A stretch of 64,000 nt of DNA from Gemmatimonadota bacterium. Its GTDB lineage: Bacteria; Gemmatimonadota; Gemmatimonadetes; Palauibacterales; Palauibacteraceae. The position numbers and the translations under genes are program-made. The DNA lies in assembly GCA_039584255.1 (NCBI GenBank), contig JBDGYE010000002.1, positions 1,917 to 65,916 of the forward strand, written 5' to 3'. A model generated the notes under the pieces. It saw only the letters and a program-made list of their open reading frames with translations. It did no database searches and was not told the DNA's origin. Below, piece by piece: positions 17,428 through 27,435 of the stretch. Every line of letters starts with the position of its first letter. Within the stretch, counting starts at the first letter, position 1.

Positions 17428-19473
17428 ATGCGGGGGGCAGCAAGCCAGAGAACGGAACTGAGAATGAGGACAGCAGCGGTCGCCGCACTCGGCTTCCTCG
17501 CGGCCACGATGGCCCAACCGGCGTCGTTCATCGCGCCGGCCGAGGCCGGGGCCCCACGGTCGGCGCCCGCCGACACTCTACCACGCTACGTTCGATCCGG
17601 CCTTTCGCTCTACCGCAACCATCCCGACGCGCGAAAGGTCAGGAGGATCGCCGACCGCTGGCAGGAAGCCGGCGGCCCGGCGAGCGCCGCGGACTCGGTG
17701 GCGATGGCGGCCCTGTGGAGGCGCTCCGGGCAGACCCGCGTCGCGCTCGGGCTTCTACCGCCGACGGGCGCCGGACGGGTCATGCCACGCGCCAAGCTGG
17801 AGCGGGCGCGAATCCTTTTCCAGGCGACGCTCGTCCGGCCGGAGGAACAAGAAGCCTGGCGCGCCGAAGCCGCGGAGGCCTTCTGGAACGCCTGTGAGAA
17901 CGCCGATGCCGCCACCCTCGCCGAGCTATGGCTGGACCTTCGCGGCCTGGCGACGCCCGACGAGCAGGATGAGTGGGCGGAGCTTCCGCCGAGCCCCGGC
18001 GCCTGCCCGTGGGTCCGTACCTTCGTCGAGAGCCGGGCCATGCGAATGGCCGTGACCGTCGCCGAGCGCCTGGAGCTCCATTATCGCCGCCTGCGTGACG
18101 CCCGCGCGCGCTACCATCTGAAGACGCCCCGTCTGACTCGAGACCTCACTGATCGCCTGGGCAGAGCCGACAGCCTGGAGATCGACGATCGAGGACTCCT
18201 TCTCCTCCGGATGGGGGAGGCCGACGCGACCGTGGAAACGTTCATGGGCCTCAACGAGACGTGGGCCTACTTTCGGCCGGAGGGCGCCCGCATCTACCAC
18301 TTCGCCCCGGTCTCGAAGACCGGATACATAGCCCTCGGCGATTTCCGGATGCTGGAGAACCTCGCCCACGCTTCCGGCTTCACCATGCCGAGCCAGCTCA
18401 TGGGAATCGGCGGCGGTCGGCTCTCGCACCTGTACCACTCGCGCCGGGTGCTCGACTATCTGTTCGCGGAGAGCCTCTTCGGTCAGATGGATCGCCGGAT
18501 GCGCGCTGCCGGAGACCGGTTCAATCCTGGTTTACAGGGCTTGCTGGCGTGGGAGCGTGAGCGCAACGAGGCGGACGCGAGATATGCCGTTCAATCGATT
18601 CCCGGGGTTCCGGCCGTCGCCCCGGGCGTGAAATTCGCGTACGAGACGCTGCGGTTCCGGGAGCCGGGAGGGGAGCGAATGGAGGTGTGGGTGCTCGCGT
18701 CGGCCCGCGCCGGCGACCTGACGGCGGTGGCCGGCCCGCCGGAAGAGGGAGGCGTGCGATACCACGTCGCGGCCGACCTCGCCATGACCGGCCCGGGAGG
18801 CTACCGGCTCCGGAGCGGCATGACCGATCCCGTGCTGGACGACCCGCTGCGGGCCGAAGACGGGATCCCTCTCAGAGTGCCGATCCATCTCGACCCCGGT
18901 CGCTACCCGTTCACCCTGGCCCTTCGGGACGCCGGGGCACCGGCGCGCACGGTGGGCAACTGGGTCCAGGATACGCTGGCCGTACCGGCTCCACTTCAGG
19001 GTCTGCCCGAGGTGAGCGACATCGCCGTGGCCGCCGACTCGGGCGGCGACTGGACGCGCGACGGGCTTTCCCACCTTAGGGTCGACCCTACCCACGTGGT
19101 CGGAGCGAGTGGGGTCGCCCACATCTACTTCGAGGTGTACGGGCTGAGATCCGGGGAGGCGTATGAGGTCGAGGTCAGGGTGGTGGCGGAGCAGGAGGCC
19201 GAGAGCATCTTCGATCTCGGCCCGGAGGAGCTGGCCTTTACGGTGCGCTTTCCGTCGGAGGTGTCGCGAGGTCCGGCCGGAATCGGCAGGCACCACATCC
19301 GGCTCGAGCTGGTGGATACTCCGCCCGGCGCCTACCTGCTCGCTGTCCGCACAACGGAGCTGGCGAGCGGCATCTCCAGTCTTCCGGCGATCACGCCCAT
19401 CTACCGCGTCGCCGTCCCCGATGCCCACTGGACCGAGGCGCCGCGGCGGCGGTCCACCGTCGTGAACCCATGA
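17428..19473 (+). CDS. Large secreted hypothetical protein (possibly divergent GWxTD-like)
   Basis: 681 aa. A signal peptide is evident from the internal ATG 17464 (MRTAAVAALGFLAATMAQPASFIAPAEA). No catalytic motif recognised. EIDDRGLLLLRMGEADA (18178-18228) weakly resembles the GWxTDRG..Y..G.P core. Confidence 0.8.
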   Translation: MRGAASQRTELRMRTAAVAALGFLAATMAQPASFIAPAEAGAPRSAPADTLPRYVRSGLSLYRNHPDARKVRRIADRWQEAGGPASAADSVAMAALWRRSGQTRVALGLLPPTGAGRVMPRAKLERARILFQATLVRPEEQEAWRAEAAEAFWNACENADAATLAELWLDLRGLATPDEQDEWAELPPSPGACPWVRTFVESRAMRMAVTVAERLELHYRRLRDARARYHLKTPRLTRDLTDRLGRADSLEIDDRGLLLLRMGEADATVETFMGLNETWAYFRPEGARIYHFAPVSKTGYIALGDFRMLENLAHASGFTMPSQLMGIGGGRLSHLYHSRRVLDYLFAESLFGQMDRRMRAAGDRFNPGLQGLLAWERERNEADARYAVQSIPGVPAVAPGVKFAYETLRFREPGGERMEVWVLASARAGDLTAVAGPPEEGGVRYHVAADLAMTGPGGYRLRSGMTDPVLDDPLRAEDGIPLRVPIHLDPGRYPFTLALRDAGAPARTVGNWVQDTLAVPAPLQGLPEVSDIAVAADSGGDWTRDGLSHLRVDPTHVVGASGVAHIYFEVYGLRSGEAYEVEVRVVAEQEAESIFDLGPEELAFTVRFPSEVSRGPAGIGRHHIRLELVDTPPGAYLLAVRTTELASGISSLPAITPIYRVAVPDAHWTEAPRRRSTVVNP

Positions 19474-19475
19474 GA

Positions 19476-19508
19476 GGAGAGGTCGCTGCGACTGGCAGCG
19501 ACCTCCTC
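19476..19508. terminator. Strong bidirectional hairpin between convergent genes
   Basis: GAGGTCGCTGC (19479-19489), loop gactg, GCAGCGACCTC (19495-19505): 11 perfect bp plus extension. Sits between stop 19473 (+) and stop 19514 (-). Confidence 0.6.
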
Positions 19509-19513
19509 ACGCC

Positions 19514-20680
19514 TCAGCGACCGTGCTCGCCGTGGTCGCCGTGCTCCTCCTGGCCGTTCTCGTTCTCCCCCGCCTCGGGCCCTTCCATCTTCATGCCCTC
19601 GCCGCCCATGTCGTGGGCGCCGTGGCCGTGGCCGCCCAGCTTCTCGGGGGCCTCGAGCGTGTTGATCAGGTCGGCCACGTAGTCAGGGTTGTCCCGATTG
19701 AACTCGGGCCACTGCACGTCCTTGGCCGCCCAGACGATGCCTCCGATCTCACCCATTCCGCCGTCGGGCGTCGGCCGCTCCGTCGGGTTCTCGTACTCGA
19801 CGTAGATTCGGTAGACGTGGTCGGTCTCGATCTTGATGCCGCCGCGCCACCAGAACCTCCCCTCCGGGACACCGGTGACCGCCCCATGCTGGTCGACCTC
19901 CGGCTCCGCCTCCCAGATCGTCTTCGACTCGGTGACGTCCTCGAGCCTGAGAACCGTGGCGTAGTTGTGAAGATGCCCGCCGATGCCGAGGATGCGGCCC
20001 TCGATGGCCGGAGTTCCCTCCCAGGACTTGACCGTCTTACCCGGCGGGACGGGAAAGTCCTTGAGGCCGACCGGTCCCATGACGTCCAGGTAGAACGGAT
20101 AGACGTCACGCGGCTGCATGAAGCCGTCCTCCTCGAGGCTGTAGAAGAGGCGGACGCGCAGGTAAGCCTCCGGATAGTCGCTACCCGTGCCGTTGGCGAA
20201 CATCGCCGAGATGATCATCCGGTCCCCCGCCTGGATCGGGTAGCCCAGGAGCCCCGGCAGTTCCTTCTTGCTGGTCTCCCGGCCGGCCGCCAGAACGCGC
20301 CTGGCTATGGGCGAGAACAGGTCGCGCTTGTCCGGGTCGATGAAGTTGACGTGGTGCAGCGTCTCCATCGGGATCGCGTTGCCCTCGCCGTCCACCATCT
20401 GCGCATCGAAGCCGTGGAGCCAACCGTCCACCGGAATCTCTGCCATCTGAATCGGGAGGCGAAGGTGGGGCATGTCGTTCGGAAGATCGAGGGGCCCGAT
20501 GACGAACTCGGCCGTCCGGTCCTCCTCGTGATTCACGACCTGTACGTACTCGTTCTGATCTACCGGAAGGTCCGGTCGAACGAGCTTCTGGCCGTGCTGG
20601 TGATCTTGGGCCGAAAGCGCTGCAGGAACCGCCAGCAGGAGCGCCGCCAGGGCAATCGACCTCGTCGCGCGATTGATCAT
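19514..20680 (-). CDS. Secreted protein with PHM/DBH-like copper-site motif spacing and a His/Met-rich C-terminal tail
   Basis: 388 aa. Signal peptide IALAALLLAVPAALSAQD. HH at aa 109-110, HLH at 236-238, Met 309 in DGGMGE. Tail GGHGHGAHDMGGEGMKMEG...EEHGDHGEHGR. The family call is tentative. Confidence 0.85.
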   Translation of the reverse strand: MINRATRSIALAALLLAVPAALSAQDHQHGQKLVRPDLPVDQNEYVQVVNHEEDRTAEFVIGPLDLPNDMPHLRLPIQMAEIPVDGWLHGFDAQMVDGEGNAIPMETLHHVNFIDPDKRDLFSPIARRVLAAGRETSKKELPGLLGYPIQAGDRMIISAMFANGTGSDYPEAYLRVRLFYSLEEDGFMQPRDVYPFYLDVMGPVGLKDFPVPPGKTVKSWEGTPAIEGRILGIGGHLHNYATVLRLEDVTESKTIWEAEPEVDQHGAVTGVPEGRFWWRGGIKIETDHVYRIYVEYENPTERPTPDGGMGEIGGIVWAAKDVQWPEFNRDNPDYVADLINTLEAPEKLGGHGHGAHDMGGEGMKMEGPEAGENENGQEEHGDHGEHGR

Positions 20681-20780
20681 TGGATCCGACTCCGACTATT
20701 TGTTCATCACGACCGGACGCCGCGGCGGCATGCGGCCACCTTCATCGCTCCGCAGAGCCTCTCGTATGGAATGCGCACCG

Positions 20781-20809
20781 AATATATGTCACCCAAGGTG
20801 ATGGTTCAA
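20781..20809 (-). promoter_or_regulatory. Sigma70-like promoter for the His-tailed secreted protein gene
   Basis: On the minus strand: TTGAAC (20809-20804), 17-nt spacer, TATATT (20786-20781). The spacer contains the TCACC-caa-GGTGA inverted repeat (20789-20801). About 95-nt leader. GGAG SD 9 nt before the ATG. Confidence 0.45.
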
Positions 20810-20930
20810 CGAGATTTCGCGACAGCGCGGGGGGCGTCGTACGCTGCCTTCCAGGTAATCGAAACGCCCGGCCGAAGCGGCTCGGGCGCTGTCGAGTCCT
20901 GGCCCCGCGGGCCCCGGGAACGGCGGGGCG

Positions 20931-21176
20931 TCAGGGAAGGGGCACGTCGAAGTAGACGTAGTTCTTCTCTATGAAGTCTGTCCACTCCTCGGGGACCTCG
21001 TCGTCCGGGAAGATCGCCTCGACAGGACACTCCGGGACGCAGGCTCCGCAGTCGATGCATTCCTCGGGGTGGATATAGTACATGTCCTCACCCTCGTAGA
21101 TGCAGTCCACCGGACACACATCGACGCACGAGGCGTCCTTGGTGCCGATGCAAGGCTGAGTGATTATGTAAGTCAT
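20931..21176 (-). CDS. fdxA: 7Fe ferredoxin (3Fe-4S plus 4Fe-4S, FdxA type)
   Basis: 81 aa [26 protein letters not shown]...[12 protein letters not shown], with the Cys pattern C8-x7-C16-x3-C20P ... CxxCxxCxxxCP. This is only the last 81 codons of the 523-aa track ORF. Confidence 0.9.
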   Translation of the reverse strand: MTYIITQPCIGTKDASCVDVCPVDCIYEGEDMYYIHPEECIDCGACVPECPVEAIFPDDEVPEEWTDFIEKNYVYFDVPLP

Positions 21177-21446
21177 TGTTCCCCTGCACGTTGTCTTGCG
21201 GCGACGCTGTGGCTGTCCCGGTGTCCATCGCTTCAGCCGGCCACCGGATCCAGAATCGGGTAGCAGAATACCGTTCGCTACCGGACCAGGCAACGTCGGT
21301 CCGGAGTACGCGGAACCCGGTGGCGTCAGACGTGTTATCCAATCCCGGCCCGATTTGTTGGACTTGCCAGTTTGGAGCCGGTAGTTTCCGCCGTCCGTCC
21401 CGGGCGTGCCCGCGACGGACGCCGTTTGAAAGCACAGCGAGGGTCG

Positions 21447-22421
21447 ATGAAGCGACTCAAGGTCATACAGCCGGCCGGCAACGCCGCGGTCTACCGTGTC
21501 CCCGCCGGCCAGATGGCCGCCGAGGCGGCGCCGGATGCACACCTGTGGCCCAGGCGGAAGCCGGGCTGGCTCCGGGTGCGCGCCCCTGGCGGCGACAGGT
21601 ACCGTCATCTGAAGCAGCTGATGAGGGACCTCGGCCTCAACTCGGTATGCGAGGAAGCGCACTGCCCGAACATCGGTGAGTGCTGGGAGTCCGGGACCGC
21701 CACCTTCCTCATCATGGGCGACAAGTGCACCCGGAACTGCCCCTACTGCGCCATCGCTCACGGACGGCCCGAGGAGCTGGACGAAGACGAGCCGCGCCGC
21801 GTGGCCGAGATGATACGGGAGCTTCGCCTCCGGCACGTGGTCATAACCTCCGTGGACCGCGACGATCTGCCCGACGGGGGAGCACAAATCTTCGCCTCCG
21901 TGATCGAGGAGATCCGGCTGCGGATCCCCGATTGCTCGATCGAGGTACTGACGCCGGACTTCCAGGGCGATCCCGAAGCCATCGCCACGGTCATGGCCGC
22001 ACGTCCCGAGATCTTCAACCACAACATGGAAACGGTGCGACGGCTGCACCGGACCGCCCGTCCGGGCGGACGCTACGAGCGTTCTCTGGGCGTGCTGCGG
22101 AGGGCTCGGGAGCTGGACCCGGGGGTCCTGATAAAGACCGGCATCATGCTTGGCCTGGGCGAAAGCGAGGACGACGTACGCCAGTTCCTTCACGACGCCC
22201 TGGGTGCAGGCGTGCAGATCCTGACGCTCGGGCAGTATCTGCGGCCGTCCGAGCGGCACATCGCGATCGACCGGTACGTTTCGCAAGAGGAGTTCGCGGG
22301 CTGGAAGCGCTACGGTGAGGAGATCGGCTTCCTGCACGTGGAAAGCGGACCTCTCGTTCGCAGTAGCTACCACGCGCGCGAGCAGGTGGAGGAGTTGCAG
22401 GCGAGCGCCGGCGCGGCCTGA
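21447..22421 (+). CDS. lipA: Lipoyl synthase
   Basis: [13 protein letters not shown] auxiliary cluster motif and radical-SAM CTRNCPYC. Start reset to ATG 21447 (MKRLKV). Confidence 0.92.
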   Translation: MKRLKVIQPAGNAAVYRVPAGQMAAEAAPDAHLWPRRKPGWLRVRAPGGDRYRHLKQLMRDLGLNSVCEEAHCPNIGECWESGTATFLIMGDKCTRNCPYCAIAHGRPEELDEDEPRRVAEMIRELRLRHVVITSVDRDDLPDGGAQIFASVIEEIRLRIPDCSIEVLTPDFQGDPEAIATVMAARPEIFNHNMETVRRLHRTARPGGRYERSLGVLRRARELDPGVLIKTGIMLGLGESEDDVRQFLHDALGAGVQILTLGQYLRPSERHIAIDRYVSQEEFAGWKRYGEEIGFLHVESGPLVRSSYHAREQVEELQASAGAA

Positions 22422-22437
22422 AAAGGAGTCCAGTCGT

Positions 22438-23484
22438 TTGGCGAAGACTGAAGAAGGAGTCAAGCAGAGCGAATCCCTGGTACTGCCCCGGGAGAAGCTC
22501 ATCGAGATGCTCCGCTGGATGGTGCTCGCGCGCCGCTTCGAGGAGAAGTGCGCCCAGGCCTATCAGATGGGCAAGATCGGTGGCTTCTGCCACCTCTACA
22601 TAGGGCAGGAGGCGGTGGCAGCGGGTGCGATCATGGCCCTGCGGGACGACGACTACGTGATCACGGCCTACCGCGATCACGCGCAGGCTCTGATCCGCGG
22701 CGTCAGCCCCCAGGCCGTGATGGCCGAGTTGTACGGGCGGGTAGACGGGTGCTCCGGTGGCGCCGGCGGCTCGATGCACCTGTTCGATCGGAGCGTCAAC
22801 TTCCTGGGTGGCCACGGGATCGTGGGCACGCACCTTCCGGTGGCGGCCGGAGTCGGCTACGCCATCAAGTATCGAAAGAGCGACCAGGTCGTCCTCTGCT
22901 TCTTCGGAGACTCCGTCGTCAACGGGGGTCCCTTCCACGAGGCCTTCAACATGACCGCCAAGTGGGAGCTTCCGGTCGTCTACGTCGTCGAGAACAACTC
23001 CTACGGCATGGGCACCGATATCGACCGCGTGGCGGCCGTCGAGCAGCTGTTCACACGCGCCTGCGCCTACCAGGGGAAGCGGGCGGAGCAGGTGGACGGC
23101 CAGGACGTGATGGCCGTGTACGAGGCGGTGAGCCGTGCGGTGCATCGGGCGCGGGAGGAGGTTCGGCCCACCTTCATCGAGGCGGTGACCTACCGGTACC
23201 TTGGGCACTCCATGTCCGATCCGGCGCACGGCACCTACCGGACCCGCGAGGAGGTTCAGCGGGAGAGGCAGAACGATCCGATCAACAACTTCCTCGACCG
23301 CCTCATCGGCGCCGGCATCTGCACCGACGAGGAGTACAAGGAGCTGGACCGGGAGATCATCGCCGAGGTGGAGCAGGCCGCGGAATACGCGGAGAGCAGC
23401 CCGGCGCCCGATAGAGACGAGATCTACAGCCACGTCTACTCCGACGAGTACGGAGACCTGGCCAGGAGGGACCGGTGGCGGTAG
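22438..23484 (+). CDS. pdhA: Pyruvate dehydrogenase E1 alpha subunit
   Basis: TTG 22438 is 9 nt after AAAAGGAG. TPP motif [28 protein letters not shown] phosphorylation-loop-like segment. Confidence 0.88.
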   Translation: MAKTEEGVKQSESLVLPREKLIEMLRWMVLARRFEEKCAQAYQMGKIGGFCHLYIGQEAVAAGAIMALRDDDYVITAYRDHAQALIRGVSPQAVMAELYGRVDGCSGGAGGSMHLFDRSVNFLGGHGIVGTHLPVAAGVGYAIKYRKSDQVVLCFFGDSVVNGGPFHEAFNMTAKWELPVVYVVENNSYGMGTDIDRVAAVEQLFTRACAYQGKRAEQVDGQDVMAVYEAVSRAVHRAREEVRPTFIEAVTYRYLGHSMSDPAHGTYRTREEVQRERQNDPINNFLDRLIGAGICTDEEYKELDREIIAEVEQAAEYAESSPAPDRDEIYSHVYSDEYGDLARRDRWR

Positions 23485-24458
23485 TCACGTACCGGGAAGC
23501 ACTCAACCGCGCGCTGACCGAGGAGATGGAGCGGGACGAGCGTGTCTTCGTGATCGGCGAGGAAGTCGGCGAGTACGACGGGGCCTACAAGGTCTCCAAG
23601 GGTCTGCTGGACCGCTTCGGCGAGTGGCGCGTTCGCGACACGCCGATCGCCGAGAACGGCTTTGCCGGCCTCGGTGTGGGTGCGGCCGTAGCCGGCCTGC
23701 GTCCGGTGGTGGAGTTCATGACCTGGAACTTCGCCCTGCTGGCCTACGACGCCATCGTGAACTCGGCGGCCAAGTTCTACTACATGTCCGGCGGCCAGTA
23801 CAACGTGCCGATCGTCTTCCGCGGGCCGGGCGGCTCCGCGCTCCAGCTCGCCGCGCAGCACTCACAGGTGCCGGATCCGTGGTACGCCAACATCCCGGGT
23901 CTCAAGGTATGCACGCCGGCGACTCCGGCGGACGCGCTGGGCCTGCTCAAGACAGCCATCCGCGACGATGACCCCGTGGTCTTCATCGAGGGCGAGCTCC
24001 TATACAACGTGAAGGGGGAAGTGCCGGAGGAAGAGCACTTCGTGCCGCTGGGGGTGGCCGACGTCAAGCGCTCCGGTGAGGACATCACGATCGTCGCCCA
24101 CTCGAAGATGGTCCACGTCGCCATGCAGGCGGCGGAAAGAGCGGCGACGGAGCTCGAGGTCGAGGCGGAAGTCGTGGACCTCCGCAGCCTGCGCCCGCTG
24201 GACGCGGATACGGTCGTCGCCTCGGTGCGCAAGACGAACCGGGCCGTGGTGGTCGAGGAGGGCTGGCCGGTGGCCGGGATCGGCGCTCAGATCGTGGACG
24301 ACATCCAGCGCGAGGCGTTCGACGATCTCGATGCGCCCATCGCCAGGGTGTCGGGCCTCGACGTCCCGATGCACTACGCCCGGAGTCTCGAGAAGCTCAT
24401 AGTGCCGAGTCCGGACGCCGTCCTGAGCGCGGTCAAGCACCTGTGTTACCTGGACTGA
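23475..24458 (+). CDS. pdhB: Pyruvate dehydrogenase E1 beta subunit
   Basis: GTG start after [36 protein letters not shown] and DTPIAENGFAG are typical of E1-beta. Confidence 0.92.
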   Translation: MAVVTYREALNRALTEEMERDERVFVIGEEVGEYDGAYKVSKGLLDRFGEWRVRDTPIAENGFAGLGVGAAVAGLRPVVEFMTWNFALLAYDAIVNSAAKFYYMSGGQYNVPIVFRGPGGSALQLAAQHSQVPDPWYANIPGLKVCTPATPADALGLLKTAIRDDDPVVFIEGELLYNVKGEVPEEEHFVPLGVADVKRSGEDITIVAHSKMVHVAMQAAERAATELEVEAEVVDLRSLRPLDADTVVASVRKTNRAVVVEEGWPVAGIGAQIVDDIQREAFDDLDAPIARVSGLDVPMHYARSLEKLIVPSPDAVLSAVKHLCYLD

Positions 24459-24479
24459 CGACGCCGGGACAGGAGTGAA

Positions 24480-25853
24480 ATGGCAACGAAAGTCGTGATG
24501 GCCCAGCTCAGCCCCACCATGGAGGAGGGCAAGCTGGTCGAGTGGAAGGTCGAGGAAGGCGATCACGTCGAGACGAGTGATATCCTTGCCGAGATCGAGA
24601 CCGACAAGGCCAACATGGACATCGAGGCCATGGGGGGTGGGGTGATCCGCAAGATCATCGTCCCCGAGGGCGCCACGGTTCCCGTCGGTTCGATCATCGG
24701 CATCATCGGTGAGGAGGACGAGGACATCTCGGCCCTCATCTCCGAAGCGGAAGCCGGAGCCCCGGAGCCCGCGGCGGCACCGGTGACGGACGACTCTTCC
24801 GCCGGGGCCGCCGCCGAGCCGCAACCGGAGGTCGCTGCGCCGTCCGCCGAGGCAGAGGAGCCTGCGCCCACGGCCGAGCCGGAGCCGGCTGCCGAGGCCA
24901 TGGAGCGCCTTCTGAGACCGACGGCGCCGGTGGTGGCCCCAGGGCCTCAGCCGCGCCCGCTGCCCGCCGGGGCCCGGGTCAAGGTGTCGCCGGTGGCGCG
25001 TCGGATGGCGAGCGAGGCGGGGCTCAGCCTGCACGGTATCGCTGGCAGCGGGCCGGCCGGGCGCATAGTGAAACGAGACGTGGAGGCAGCCCTGCACGCC
25101 GGAGTTCCGGCCCCCGCGACGGCTCCGCCCGCGACCCCCGCGGCCCCGCTCGAGGTCGGCCCTCCGAGACTCGTCGACGAGACGCTCGAGCTGTCACAGA
25201 TGCGGAAGGCGATCGCGAAGCGGCTCGCGCAGTCGATCGGGCCAGTGCCGCATTTCTTCCTCACCAGCGAGATCGACATGGGACGGGCCCTGGACCTGCG
25301 GGCCGATCTCAACGCCCGCCTCGAGTCCGGGAAGGTCGGCGTCAATGATCTGCTGGTGAAGGTGACCGCCGAGGCCCTGGCCCGTCATCCGGAGATCAAC
25401 TCGGCGTGGGCCGGCGATGCGATCCAGCGACGCGGCAGCGTCGACATCGGGATCGCGGTGGCGATTGAGGATGGTCTCATCACGCCGGTGCTCCGGAACG
25501 CCGACCGGAAGGGGCTGCTGCAGATCTCATTGGAAGCTGCCGAGCTCATCACCCGCGCGCGGGAGAGGCGGCTCCTGCCGGAGGAGTACCAGGGTGCCTC
25601 GTTCTCGATCAGCAACCTGGGCATGTTCGAGATCGACGAGTTCACCGCCATCATCAACCCGCCCGAGGCGGCGATACTGGCGGTGGGCAGCACAGTCGAG
25701 AAGCCCGTGGTGGTGGACGGGCAGATCGAGGTGCGGAGACGGATGCGCGTGACCATGTCGTGCGATCACCGGGTGATCGACGGTGCCACCGGAGCGCGCT
25801 TCCTCCAGACGCTCAAGGCGATGCTGGAGAACCCGCTCGAGATCGTGCTCTGA
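24480..25853 (+). CDS. pdhC: Dihydrolipoamide acetyltransferase (E2)
   Basis: Lipoyl domain EIETDKANMDIEA. Ala/Pro-rich linker. Peripheral subunit-binding domain VSPVARRMASEAG. Catalytic DHRVIDGA. Confidence 0.92.
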   Translation: MATKVVMAQLSPTMEEGKLVEWKVEEGDHVETSDILAEIETDKANMDIEAMGGGVIRKIIVPEGATVPVGSIIGIIGEEDEDISALISEAEAGAPEPAAAPVTDDSSAGAAAEPQPEVAAPSAEAEEPAPTAEPEPAAEAMERLLRPTAPVVAPGPQPRPLPAGARVKVSPVARRMASEAGLSLHGIAGSGPAGRIVKRDVEAALHAGVPAPATAPPATPAAPLEVGPPRLVDETLELSQMRKAIAKRLAQSIGPVPHFFLTSEIDMGRALDLRADLNARLESGKVGVNDLLVKVTAEALARHPEINSAWAGDAIQRRGSVDIGIAVAIEDGLITPVLRNADRKGLLQISLEAAELITRARERRLLPEEYQGASFSISNLGMFEIDEFTAIINPPEAAILAVGSTVEKPVVVDGQIEVRRRMRVTMSCDHRVIDGATGARFLQTLKAMLENPLEIVL

Positions 25854-25934
25854 GGCGAATCAAAGGGCCGCAGCAGAGGCAGCTCCGTCTTCGACGGGCA
25901 CAGCCCAGTGGCCAGCGACCTGTGAGGCTTTCCG

Positions 25935-27344
25935 ATGGCTGATGTGTTCGATGTCGCGGTAATTGGAGCCGGCCCCGGCGGCTACGTGTGTGCGATCCGG
26001 GCGGCCCAGCTGGGCCTGAAGACGGCTTGCGTGGAGAGCTTTTCCTACGAGGGCGGGCTCGGCGGAACGTGCCTCAACTGGGGCTGCATTCCCGCGAAGG
26101 CCCTGCTGGAGAGCGGGGCTCTGGCGCAGAATCTCAAGTCCCACGGCGAGGAAATGGGCGTTCGGCCGGTGCATGTCGAGTACGACATGAACGCGGCGAT
26201 CGACCGAAGCCGCTTCATCAGCGAGAAGCTGAGCGGCGGAGTCCGGTTCCTGTTCAAGAAGAACGGCGTCGAGCTGTTCGAGGGACGAGGGAAACTCGCC
26301 GGGAACGGGAAGGTCGAGGTCTCTCCACCGGAGGGCGATACGGTGACGGTGGAGGCGAAGAACGTCGTCGTGGCTACAGGCGCCGTGATGAAGTCGTTCC
26401 CCGGCTTCGAGATCGACGGCGAGAAGGTGATCGGCAGCCGCGAGGCGCTGGCGCTGCGGCACCTGCCGAGCCGCATGGTCGTGGTCGGCGGCGGCTACGT
26501 GGGGGTCGAGTTCGCCGACGTCTTCAGCGCCTTCGGCGTCGACGTCACCGTGGTCGAGATGCTGGAGACGCTGGTTCCCCTGGCCGATCCGGAGATCGGG
26601 AAGACGCTCGCCCGCTCGTTCAAGAAGCGGGGAATGACCGTCAAGACCGGCACTACGGTGAAGAGCATCGACCGGGATGCGAGTCCGATGGTGCTCACCG
26701 TCGAGACGGCTAGTGGCGACGAGCAGACCGAGACCGACGTCCTCCTGATGGCCGTCGGCAGGCAGCCCGTAACGGAGGAACTCGGGCTGGAGGATCTGGG
26801 AGTCGAGATGAACGGTCCCTGGATCAAGATCGACGAGTGGTGCGAAACGAACGTTCCGGGTGTCTACGCCGTCGGCGACGTGGCCGGCGAGCCGATGCTG
26901 GCCCACAAAGGCTCCCACGAGGGGATCGTGGCGGCGGAGCGGATCGCCGGGGTGGCTCAGCACCCTATGAAGTACGACAACATTCCCAGCGTCGGATACT
27001 GCCACCCCGAGGTGGCAATCGTGGGATTGAGCGAGCCGGAGGCGCAGGAGGCCGGGTACGAGGTAACCGTGGGGAAGTACCCGCTGACGGCACACGGGCG
27101 GGCGCTCACGGCAGCCCACAACGAGGGCTTCGTCAAGATCGTGGCGGACGCGAACTACGGCGAGGTGCTAGGCGTCCACATGATCGGTCACAACGTCAGC
27201 GAGCTGATCGCAGAGGCCGGCATGGCGCGCGCTCTGGAGTCGACGGTCGAGGAGATCGCGGCGCACGCGCACGCGCATCCCAGCATGGCGGAGGCCGTTA
27301 TGGAGGCGGCACAGGCGGCCCTGGGCAGGGCGATTCACATCTAG
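25935..27344 (+). CDS. lpdA: Dihydrolipoyl dehydrogenase (E3)
   Basis: GAGPGGY FAD motif. Redox disulfide GGTCLNWGCIPAK. C-terminal HAHPSMAEA. Confidence 0.93.
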   Translation: MADVFDVAVIGAGPGGYVCAIRAAQLGLKTACVESFSYEGGLGGTCLNWGCIPAKALLESGALAQNLKSHGEEMGVRPVHVEYDMNAAIDRSRFISEKLSGGVRFLFKKNGVELFEGRGKLAGNGKVEVSPPEGDTVTVEAKNVVVATGAVMKSFPGFEIDGEKVIGSREALALRHLPSRMVVVGGGYVGVEFADVFSAFGVDVTVVEMLETLVPLADPEIGKTLARSFKKRGMTVKTGTTVKSIDRDASPMVLTVETASGDEQTETDVLLMAVGRQPVTEELGLEDLGVEMNGPWIKIDEWCETNVPGVYAVGDVAGEPMLAHKGSHEGIVAAERIAGVAQHPMKYDNIPSVGYCHPEVAIVGLSEPEAQEAGYEVTVGKYPLTAHGRALTAAHNEGFVKIVADANYGEVLGVHMIGHNVSELIAEAGMARALESTVEEIAAHAHAHPSMAEAVMEAAQAALGRAIHI

Positions 27345-27435
27345 GCGAATGCGAGGCAGGTCACCGCCGTCGCCTGGTTCTCAACCGGGATGGCTAGCGG
27401 TCGTTCCCTCCGCGCTTGGCCCTCGCTTCGCTGCG

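Noticed and set aside
19523-20974. 483-aa plus-strand ORF overlapping the His-tailed secreted protein gene.
   Set aside because: The minus-strand gene has a signal peptide, SD, promoter and terminator. The plus frame has none and is Arg/Leu/Val shadow-like.
21177-22502. Upstream 442 codons of the 523-aa minus-strand ORF 20931-22502.
   Set aside because: Only the last 81 codons form a perfect 7Fe ferredoxin with its own ATG and SD. The remainder is antisense to lipA and has shadow composition.
24750-24960. Repetitive GCC/CCG/GAG-rich DNA that looks like a tandem repeat.
   Set aside because: It encodes the Ala/Pro/Glu-rich flexible linker between the lipoyl and subunit-binding domains of E2. 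This is a normal feature, not a repeat element or CRISPR.
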